Shown: positions 51,484 to 62,800 of the stretch, in pieces
Position numbering within the stretch: position 1 is the stretch's first letter
How the letters are laid out: each line of letters opens with the position of its first letter
Source: Zancudomyces culisetae HAW-14-8
Taxonomy: Eukaryota; Fungi; Kickxellomycota
Assembly: GCA_052426225.1 (NCBI GenBank)
Contig: JBNJNM010000006.1
Coordinates: 2,108,001 to 2,172,000, forward strand
Length of the DNA: 64,000 bases
Reading direction: 5' to 3'
Notes under the pieces: generated by a model
Told to the model about the DNA's origin: nothing
Databases searched by the model: none
The model's input: only the letters and a program-made list of their open reading frames with translations
Position numbers and translations under genes: made by a program

Positions 51484-53087
51484 ATGTTGACTTCAAGAGT
51501 GCAGGGATTGAAACAAGCCGTGTTCAAGGCAAACTTCAAGGGTGCTGTGAGCCAATGTGCAAGAAATTTGAGAGTATCTCAAATCAAAAACTACTCCATG
51601 GCAACAACTAGAGTAGCTCCACTCAGAAATGAGCACATCGCCAGAATGTCAGCTGGAATGAACGCTCAAGGTAAGTACCCTTTTTTTTCTTTTGTGTTAG
51701 GACAAGCCGCTCTTGGTGTTTTTATAGTGATTCTAGTTAGTATTTTTTTTTATTTAGAATGAAATCTAAATTTTGAAACCACACCGATTCTCCACCATGA
51801 TTTGATGACTTTTAGTTTAATAACAACTAAAAATACGTTGTAACAATATAAATTTAAATAGGCTCATTCAAAAGATTCATGGCCACCGACGGAAAAACCT
51901 ATGAACGTTCAAAGCCACACGTAAATATTGGAACTATCGGTCACGTAGATCACGGAAAGACAACACTCACAGCCGCAATCACAAAGGTATTGGCTGAGAC
52001 CACAGGTGGAGCCAAGTTTTGCGATTATAACCAGATCGATAAGGCACCAGAAGAAAAGGCAAGAGGAATTACTATTTCCACCTCTCACGTAGAATACGAA
52101 ACCGGAAACAGACACTACTCGCACGTTGACTGTCCAGGGCACGCTGATTACATCAAAAACATGATTACAGGTGCAGCACAGATGGACGGTGCTATTATTG
52201 TCGTTTCAGCTACAGATGGACAGATGCCACAAACTAGAGAACACATTCTTCTTGCTAAGCAAGTTGGTGTTAAGAGCATTGTTGTCTATGTCAACAAGGT
52301 TGATCAAATCGAAGACAAGGAATTGTTGGAATTTGTAGATATGGAAATGAGAGAACTGCTCAACCACTATGGATATGATGGAGACAACACTCCTATTGTA
52401 TTTGGATCAGCTTTGTGTGCTCTTGAGGGCCGTGAACCCGAGATTGGATCCAAGTCCATCCTTGACTTGATGAGCAAGGTTGATGAGTGGATTCCTACTC
52501 CAGTTAGAGATCTCGAAAAACCATTCTTGATGCCAGTAGAAGACGTATTCTCCATTGCCGGAAGAGGAACAGTGGTTACAGGAAGAGTCGAGCGTGGATT
52601 GATAACAAAGGGCCAGGAAATTGAAATTGTTGGTTTTGGACCTTCAACAAAAACCACACTAACTGGAATTGAAATGTTCCATAAGGAGCTTGAACGTGGT
52701 GAGGCTGGTGACAACATGGGTGCTCTTCTACGTGGTATCAAACGTGAACAAATCAAGCGTGGAATGATTTTGGCTGCTCCAAACTCTGTAAAATCACACA
52801 AATCATTCGTTGCCCAGCTTTACATTTTGAAGAAGGAAGAAGGTGGTCGTCACACTCCATTCCATAACAACTACAAGCCACAGATGTTTATTAGAACCTG
52901 TGATGTCACTGCCATTTTGACCCATCCAACCAAGGAGGCCGAAGATACCATGGTTATGCCTGGTGACAATGTCGAAATGCGCTGCGACTTGATCCACGAT
53001 GTTCCTGTCGAAGAGGGTTTGCGCTTCACAATCCGTGAAGGTGGTCGTACTGTAGGTACTGGTGTTGTTACAAAGATCATCGAGTAA
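51484..53087 (+). CDS. TUF1: Mitochondrial elongation factor Tu; exons 51484-51670 and 51862-53087
   Basis: Arg-rich presequence in exon 1, phase-1 GTAAGT...TAG intron, [39 protein letters not shown]. Confidence 0.96.
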
Positions 53088-54312
53088 TTTCTTTTTTTTT
53101 CCCCTTCACATTTGTCACTTTTTTTTTGTTTTTTTCTGGTCCAATGGTCTATTTAGTGGTAACCTTTTTTTATGACCCTAATAATAGACACTTTTTTTTC
53201 ATACTAGCTCTATATTCTACTCTTATAGTATAGCTTTTCACTCTATAAATATATCACCTATAACATATCCTGCTATGGTTTAATGCGTTTGCTAAAAGCA
53301 ACATTGAATTTTAATTCGCATCTGCCATGTTCTCAATTAACCAGATGTCCCCTCCATCCATTATTGGTTTGAAGCCACAGGTTCGTGTTGTACAGGTCAT
53401 ATTAGCCTCTTCTTCTCCCTCTTCTCCCTCTTCTCCCCCTCTTCTCCCCGCCTTTTCTGAAAATTAGTTGGACTATTTATCTTTTAAGTTTCACTTTGTA
53501 TCAAAAATTGGCTTTGAGGCTATTTTTCAGAGTATTTTAAAAGGATCTATTTTTGTACACCTTTAGTCTACAAGATATAAATTTTTCCCGTGCCCAAGTT
53601 CGAATTTCTGCTATCAGAAATATAACATCAACCGAAATTAAATGTCTATTGGTGTTAAAGCTTTTATTTGCCAATTAATTATTATTTACGAGGCATTTGA
53701 AACAAGAATGTTATTTTACATTCACTACAAATCGTCTCCAAATTCCCAATTGAAGAACAGAGTAATGATAAAAAGGATTACTATGCATTTCAAAGTGGCT
53801 GCTTGGGACGAGCAAAAACTAAAAGATGCATAAGAAAATCATACACTTGCTGAACCTCTTGAGATTGGCAAGCACGAGAGTTTGAGCTTTAATGATTTTG
53901 GATATCGTCCAAGTTTGCAATATTATCTCTTGTTCCAATGAGGTAATAATCCTATGATTGAGAGACTTTTGTTTGAAAACAAATATCTGTTATAGCGACA
54001 GTGTAAAGTACAAGACAAAATAATACCGAATAAAAAATAAAGACACATAATTCGATTCTAAAATATCTAGGTGACTTTGAGTATTATCCCTTTCCTACAA
54101 GCAATTTCAATAAAGTATCGCCTTTTGCTCTGACCTTTATATTCTCAACTATACCGTCTTTTACTTTTTTTTTAATACCTTAAAGCGTCTAAAATATCAT
54201 TGATATATATCTCTTTGTCCCGAGTAAACAATTTTATTAGTGAATTAAATAATTATATACATATAAATAAATAAAAAAATAAATATCTCAAAACGGTAGT
54301 AAAACTCCGAGT

Positions 54313-55698
54313 ATGCTTACACGAACGCTTACAATATTGCTGTTGGTTGCAGCTACAAATAAAGGAAGTACAATAGGCCACTCTGCTACCAAGGAGAAGG
54401 TTAGATATCTTGGTGTATCTGGCTCCGATAATGATGGAGGAGATCCCAACCAGATAAAACTTAAACCTGTTATGGTACAACCAGGATATAATGGGGGTAC
54501 AGGGCCTGGGTCTGGAAATGGAAATGGTGGAATGGATATTGGGTATGGTTCTGGAAGTGGAAATGGAAATGGAGGTGGTTCTGGCACTGGAGGAGGCGGT
54601 GTTGGATATAGTTCTGGAAATGGAGGTGGAAATGGAAGTGGAAATGGTGGTGGAAATGGGGGATCGGGTGTTGGATATAGTTCTGGTAATGGAGGTGGAG
54701 GTGGAATAAATATTGGGTATGGTTCTGGAAGTGGAAATGGAGGTGGTTCTGGCACTGGAGGAGGCGGTGTTGGATACAGTTCTGGAAATGGAGGTGGAAA
54801 TGGGGGATCGGGTGTTGGATATAGTTCTGGAAATGGTTCTGGAAGTGGGAATGGTAATGGTAATGGTAATGGTGGATCAGGTATTGGATATATTGCTGGT
54901 TCTGGTACAGGATCTGGCGGTGGTTCTGGAGCTGGTGGAATAGGTTTTGGATATAGTTCTGGAAATGGAAATGGAAATGGTAACGGAGGTGGAGGAGCAG
55001 GCATTGGATATAATTCTGGAAATGGAGGTGGAGGTGGAAATGGAAATGGAAATGGAGGAGCAGGCATTGGATACGATCCTGGTTTCGGTTTTGGTAATGG
55101 TAATGGAGGAGGTGTTGGAGGAGGAGGTATTGGATATGGTTCTGGTATTGGTATTGGACCTGGATTTGGACCAAAGATAAGAAATCCCAATGGACCCATT
55201 TATGAAGAAAAAGTATACTTATCAAAAATCAACGACTATACAGTTAATGGATGTGTAAAAACCAAATATGTTGATGTAACCATATACGCATGCGTCGGAA
55301 GTGAAAGTGCAACATGTGAAAACGAAGGTAGGTGCATTACCCAGTTGGTGTTTTATAACTTTATACAAAATTATTTCTAAAACCATTTCAATGAAATTGA
55401 AGCTTTCATTATACAATCTAAATCGTTATTTAAAAAAATAGCAACGCTGGAAAGCACCGAGTTACTAATGGGAGACTTAGTCACTGAAACGTCTACAGAG
55501 TTTGTAGAAGAAACTCAGTTTGTGTCTGATGGGGATTTTACGGAAGATCTTACTGAAATTTTTACAGAAGTCGCCACGGACACAATTACACTGATTACAG
55601 AATTCCAAACATCCACCCAAAACCTGGTTGTAATTCCAGGAAGCGGAACAGTGGACTTGGCTACAATCACCGACTTTTTACCCGAAATAACACCATAA
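54313..55698 (+). CDS. Putative secreted Gly/Tyr/Asn-repeat structural protein; predicted exons 54313-55327 and 55442-55698 (~423 aa)
   Basis: Hydrophobic N-terminus, repeats of GG(V/I)GY(S/G)SGNG, a Cys-containing segment. G|GTAGGT donor and ATAG acceptor join in frame to a Thr/Glu-rich ORF. Confidence 0.72.
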
Positions 55699-55946
55699 TT
55701 ACTTATGGCCTCCAATCTATTATTAATATCGATAACTAGATCTCGATTGTACAATGCTGTAGTACGGGTTTTCTTTTAATGCCATCAATTATTACTTATT
55801 ATAAAATATATGCTCATATAAGGAATAAATAAAACGCAAAATAAACGGATATATAAAAGTACAATGATGTGACCCTTGCAATATTATGCCGTTTTTTTTT
55901 GTTGGGCGAATAATTACAACATAATAAACTCTAGAGTCTTAAAGTC

Positions 55947-58223
55947 CTAAAATCCCAAAACGTTCAAAAACAGTGGTAGTTGTTTTAGCCGCGACTTCAT
56001 AAAAGAGGGTAATTCTAAACCCATTTTTGCAGTGGTACAATGGTTGTCAGGGTCATGATAAACAATTATATCAGTAGCAGAGTCCACTTGAAGCCTTGAA
56101 CCATCGTTAAACAAAATGGTAAAAAGATATCTATCGTCATCAGCAGAGGACAGGTTAGGTGGCAAAGAATGTGCTATACACCAACCAATTTTGGGGATGT
56201 GGCAGTAATTATATCTTTTATCGCTTTCTTTGTCCACAATGCTCCTTGCACCATTGATATTAGATAAGCTAACAGCCTTATGAGGAAATGATGGTATCTC
56301 GGGTTTATAGGATGAGTGGTGACCATTAACGGTAAATGTAGAATTGGAAGCGGAGAGAGATGTTGATGTAATTGGTTTGGAAAAAGCAGAAAGCAGTTTC
56401 TTTGACAGAGAGGGGGGTACAAACGTGTCCAGGTTAACATTAGATGAAACTACAATTGGATAGGTGACGGATCCAGTATAGTCATAACATCTTGGATCTG
56501 TTTTTTGCTCAAAACCCAAAGCGATGTTTTCAACCGATTGGCAGATAGAATAAAGTTTTTTAACATGTGCAACCACTGCAGAAAGCTTTGAAGGTACGTT
56601 TTCAGGAAACTTCAAAGATTTGGTTCCAGAAAGGGACGAAGATGAGGCAGAAAGAGGTAAGCGGTGGAGTTCATCAGGAAGATCGGATGTTGACGGGATT
56701 TTAATTTCCAATATTTTTTTGGTTGCAGAGTAGGTAACTTTGATTTTGTTGAAAAAATCTACAACAAGATCAGCAACTGGTTCATTCATCATAAACATTG
56801 CCTTGGCCTTTGAGCTTTTTACTACAATTTTGGATGTTTTTGATAGAACTAACTCCACAAACCTATATACATATCGGACCTGCCTCTCAGTAGTAGCCGA
56901 GTTTATGTACGAATATCCTAGCCTCATGCGAGCCAAGGCCTTATCTAAAGTTAAAATGGCTGTTCCAGCCGGGTATATGTACAATAGCGCGGCTATCGGA
57001 TCGATCAGCAATAGTTTTTTATCATCATGAAACTCCGCTTTTATTTTCTTGTCTGAAATAATCTCAATTGTTGCATATTTGGTTTTTTGTTTGAATGGCG
57101 CCAAATACTTGGTATTAAATACTATCAATTCATCCTTAGTAGGTCCTAGCCGAGCTGAAGATTTATTTATATCCAAATTTTTGATTTTGCTGACAATATC
57201 ACTACCACTACCGCTTCTATTACCATTACCTCTGGCTCGTGTTACATTTTCGGCAATATCAATAAAATCCGTATCGCCTCTGATTGTGCTATACTGAGGC
57301 CGTTTTTCTACAGCGTATCCGCTTTTTTTCGAGGACAATCGCTTCAGATTTCGCGTACCCAGAATCGGTTTTAAAAATGGATGATTGAATAGATTAGAAA
57401 TGCTTATTCTACTGTTTGGGTCGCGCACAAGTAGGCGTTTGGTCAAATCTACTGCTTCATCGCTGATCCCCAGCCTTTTTAAACCGCTGACAATTCTACC
57501 TTCATCATTCAACTCCTTCTCACTAGGCTGCTTTCCCCTTAAAAACGTAACCATTAAACATCCCAATGCCCACATATCCGCCGCCAATCCATAGGGTTTA
57601 CGCTCCATTACTTCTGGCGATATATAGTTTTGCGTTCCACAAAACGTTATTGGTTCGTTGTTTAGCTGCGTTGCCAGTCCGAAATCTATAATCTTCACTT
57701 CCATTTCGTTGTTTATCACCAGGTTTTTCAGTTTCAAATCCCGGTGAATGATCTTGAGTTTGTGTAAATATGCTATCCCACGCCCTAATTGTAACATTAT
57801 CCCTCTAATCTCCTCTTCGCTCAGCCCTGCCCTTCCCTCCAGTTCGTTTCGCTTTTTTAAATACTCGTACATATCGCCTTGTTCGCAAAGCTCCATAATC
57901 AAATATACCTGTTTTTCATCTTCAAAAAAGTCGTACAGCTTTACAATCGATTCGTGGTGTAACTGGCTATGAATCCCCACTTCTGCCGCTAGACGTGCCC
58001 TTAGAGCTTCGTTTTTTAATCGACTTTTTTCTGTTATTTTTATTGCCACTTGCTTGACACCCTCGCCGAATCTACCACCGTCCAATACTGATGCTCGATA
58101 TACTTTTCCAAAGCCACCAGAGCCTATTTCCGATTCTAGCTCAAAATCCTATGTTTACATTTTTAGTGTTATTTTTTTTACACACATCTTTTAAATTGAC
58201 GCTTGATTACAACCTACCTCCAT
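55947..58223 (-). CDS. PLK4: Polo-like kinase of PLK4/SAK type; predicted coding exons 58223-58218 (ME) and 58148-55947
   Basis: IGSGGFGKVY, VAIK, HRDLK, DFGLA, FCGTQNYISPE. Cryptic polo box start FNTKYLAPFKQKTKYATIEI; PB3-like IGWC...LFNDGSRLQV. Confidence 0.78.
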
Positions 58224-59805
58224 TTTTCTGTGATTTATTACTTGTGGTAGTACATGAGAAGGATCAAGTCATATGCCTCAAATTGTAATAGTTTCGTTAA
58301 ATTGGTTACAAAAGCGTTTTCATAACTCTGTAGACCAACTCTAGTATGTTATTGGACTATATACCCTTTCCTTTCCTTTTCTTTGTCTTTTATTCTTTTT
58401 TAAATAGCCACCAAGGAAGACTTTTTTATTCAAGAAATATTTTTGCTATTTCTTTTTTTCAACTCGATTTTTTTAAACAATAAATCCATCGTTTTCAATT
58501 TGCAGTAATATTTTTTTACACCTTTTGTTTTTGTTTTGGACTTGAATGAAAATAGGCGTTGCTGAATTTTTCAGTAAATACGAGCATCCAATTGAAGGGC
58601 GATAAATTGGAGTGGTAAAATTATACACTCGCACTAGCAAATGGACAATCGAATATGAGTCTTTTTTCTTTTTACAAAGGACAACAAACTAGATGTATTT
58701 TTTCAATTAAATTAATCGTTGTATTCTGAATAACACGTAAACATTCACAAAAATTCAAATGTGCTGTGCTCAAGACGATTTGATGGAGCAGAAATAAAGT
58801 CAGCCAACTTAGTTCACTTTGCCGCAAATTAAAAGAAATAGTCAAAGATTTTGTTATTAATGTATTAAATGGGATGTGGGCAAAGTTCTTCCAAGATCAA
58901 TGATGTCAAATCCATCCCAAGAGAAAGAAACAACGACCATGGCTTTTTAATTGCCCATAAGAACACCTTCTCGCGCCCATTTGCAGTATACCGAAGCATA
59001 CTCCAAATGAATACAAGTACAGGTCCTTATAATGATATGTGCATGGTCCGTTCATATCAGTTCAACTTTAGCTTTTCAGCAAACAGATAAGGCTGGCGTT
59101 AAAGCCAACAACATGCATCGAGATTTCCAATTTCGTTGGATCGGATTCGATCTTTTATTACAAAAATTTTGACTCATTTATATTATAAATTATGGGGATT
59201 TAATTTTATCATTTTTTGAAGGTAAAAATCCATTCTGAAAAGAAAGCAAATGAACTTTGCACAATGAGCTTTTAAAGCGGAGCCAATAAGTTTTAGGTTC
59301 AAATATAAAGCTGATCAGTCAGCTACATAAACGTGCGTATGGAATAAAGCGAGTAATTTACATATAGCTCCATATAAACATATTTCAATCAATGAAATGT
59401 TGACTGTAGATGAATAAAAAAAGCCTGACTGCTCTTCCTCCCCCTCCAAAGAACACAGTAGTTTCTATTATAAAGATAGAAAAGCTTATTTACCTAGTCA
59501 ACCCACCACATAAATCCTACAGAGTTCAAAACAGGACAAAAAGGAAGGAAGCATAGCATTGGTTTGTAAGTAATTTATTTTGAATAAAAACTCTAATCTT
59601 GTTATACAAATCGAGCACATTTTATTTTACCCATTTTACAGCTATAAATTTTGGGGTGATGTTGAAGAACGCGGATCAAAGTGTATACTTGAGCAATAAA
59701 CCACACATCCTAGTAACTTTAATGATGGAAATGTGAATAATATTTTACTACTGAAATAAACACTCAATAGATAAGAGATAAAGAAGAACAACAGAGAGCA
59801 AGTAA

Positions 59806-62800
59806 ATGGATATTCGAGAGAGGAATTATTTCAACCCGGGAAGGTTCACAAACTATTCACATGAAAAAAGCGCTGATAAAGTAGCCGTTGCAGATGAAGA
59901 ATATGTAGACGCTGCTATGGACATAGACGAATCACAACAGGGTTTTTACGAGGCTGAAAACGAAGTGAACGATGCGAACGATGCGGAATTTTCACTGACA
60001 AATCCACGCGAATATCAGAAAAAGTTGTTCGATGAAACACGAGGAAAGAGCGCAATAGTGGTATTGGAAACGGGTGCAGGAAAAACACTCATCGCCTGTA
60101 TGCTGATCAAATATATGAAACAGCTAGAGGTAGAAAACAGTAGAATTGAGCAGGTCAGGAACAGTGATTTAAATAGAAATGTGAGAAAAGGCAAAATATT
60201 TGCATATCTATGTAACACTACAGTTTTGGTGGAGCAACAGGGTCCAAACATAAAAAGAGAAACGTGTTTAAGCGTCAGAATCTACACAGGAGGAGGTAAT
60301 CATGTTGGGTACAAGAAGAAAGAATGGGAAGCTAGCTGGGCGAGCGCCGATGTCCATGTGATGACGGGGCAAATACTGCTGAACTGTTTGAGAAGCGGAT
60401 ACATAAGGATTTCAGATCTTGGGCTGTTGGTATTTGATGAGTGTCATCATAGCCGAAAAAGCTCACCGTATAGTTTGATTATGAGAGAGTTTTATGATTT
60501 GGCAGAGGAAAATGATCGACCCAGAGTTTATGGTATGACGGCATCTCCAGCAAACTCAAACGAAGCAATCATGGATTCTATACAGAGGATTGAGCAAAGT
60601 CTTAGAGCGGATATATATGGAACAGACTTATCTCAATCGTTAGATTTTTGCAAGAAAAACTTAAAGTACTTGATACTGGATTATACGGTAGACTCAAAAG
60701 ATTATAGTCACTGGGTGGGGCATACAGTTTTCGAAATTATTAGAGATATAAAAGGGTTCAAGTTTATACAAAACAGTGCGCTTTATACTATACATGAGCT
60801 TGGTGAACATTTAGGAAATATGTTTATAGTGTCTCTATGTGACTACTGGCTAAAGTCCATGAGGATAAAAAGAGATCTTGAATATGAACTCGGGACTGGA
60901 TTTGGAAGGAACCCCTATAACACGTTAAAGGGGACATTGGTATACTCAGAAGTTATAGAATTGGATGAACCAGATACGGAATTCGATGATTCTTATATTA
61001 AATATACAGAGGCAATCAAACTCGTCGAAAATACTGAAATATGGAGGAAAATGTTACTGGCAAATAGTATAAATGAACAAATGAACTATGAGATGCAAGC
61101 TAGGGCTAAAGAGCTGGGCATTGATATCGACATCGATATCAGCTCCCATGCAAATACGACTTTCACCAATAATGGAGATATTCACGATGACTGCGATGGT
61201 TCAGCCGGGCACAAATACAAGTGGAGCGAGATTAAAAAAGACCTAAGCCCAAAGGTTAATAAACTATTGGAATATCTCATTAAATACAGAGTGGAAGTGG
61301 ACGGCAAAGCAATTGGTATGACACAAAATGGAGAAATTTTAGGCGGAATAGTGTTTGTGAATAGGAGAACCACGGCAATGTTGTTGGCACACTTGATAAA
61401 AAGCATAGCTGACTTTGACTTTATAGCATGTGATTCGTTTATCGGGATATCTGCAGATATAAAAAGGGATGATCTGCGGGCGATAAAAAGTTTTGGAGAT
61501 AGAAATAGGAAATTTTCTCAAAACAATCAAAACCAGGTGCTAGAAAAATTTAGGAGTGGCGAAATAAACCTATTGGTAGCTACATCTGTAGCAGAAGAAG
61601 GGCTTGATATCACCAGGTGTAACGTGGTCGTCAGGTTCGACCCGGCACATACCTTGACTAGCTTTGTTCAGGCTAGGGGGCGGGCCAGGCATGTGGACGC
61701 AGAATACGTATTGATGGTTTCAAGGGAGAATTTTATAGTGGATGTTTATGGAGATGGTCTTGGGTACACTGAGGATGCGCAGGGGAATATAGTTGTAAGT
61801 GCAAAAAGAAAAATAGACAAGCCTAGCCATGCGACAAGAGCACACTATGATAAGCTGATTAGCATGGAAGAAACGCTGAAGCAATGGTGCACAACACCCA
61901 TTGATGAACACAGAAGGCTGCTGGACAGCACTCATACAAAAAACCTGGTTGTGGGTAGTTTATCGGTTCAGGTAAACAGTTCAGGTGTACCAGAAGCCAG
62001 TCAGGACTTGCTTGATGGTGAAATGCAATACGAATCAGACTTTGAGCTAGACGCTAGCATAAGAGATAGACTTCGAGAAGTGGCCATCAGTATAAATCAC
62101 TTTTCAAAGGACAATAACTCCTGTAAAGGCATTTACTATAAAATTGAAGAAACTGAGGCGCAGCTGACACTTAATTCGGCAAGCGCAACCCTGATCCAAT
62201 ATATACAAAGTCTACCAAGAGACGATTACATCAAGCCAATTCCCAATTACACGCTGGAACAAGATAGTCGCTTAGGACATAGAACAGTGGTTTCGCTTCC
62301 TTCCAATGCCGCAGTCAGGATGATAGCTGGGCCATGGACAACACTTGGACAGAAACTTTCAAAGAGGTTGGCACAGTTTTACTCTGTTATAGTTTTGTAC
62401 TATTATGGCGCGTTAAATGATTACCTTGGTTGCATCGAAGTCAAAAAGGCGCCAGAAACACAAGTAACATCGGGGAGTATTTTGGAAAATGCATTTGAAG
62501 AGCTTTTAAACATTCTTAACGGCGAGTATGTTTTCAACTCTTTTAATCCGCCCAAACTCCTAGGATGCACTACATCCTCTAACGAGAATGTTTCCGATGC
62601 TGGCACAAATATTGGTAATTCCAATAATGGGAGCTTGGTATGTGCGGAGGAAGAAAGTCTGAATTCTAGCACCCACGATAACGATAGCTGCAGCACTAAA
62701 CTTAACAGTAACGGCGATGCTAGCATCAATAACAAGGAAAATGACAACTGTGAGAAGAATGGTGCTACCACCAGGAACGCCAAACCAAAGTTTAAATATG

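Noticed and set aside
51020-53450. Short simple repeats (ACACAG at ~51020-51057; CTCTTCTCC at ~53407-53449)
   Set aside because: Ordinary intergenic microsatellites; no CRISPR-like repeat-spacer array was seen anywhere in the window.
54288-55225. Pro-rich and His/Gln-rich minus-strand ORFs and Met/Glu/Val-rich alternative frames
   Set aside because: Shadows of the GGN-rich repeat; only the Gly frame has a signal-like start and a coherent splice.
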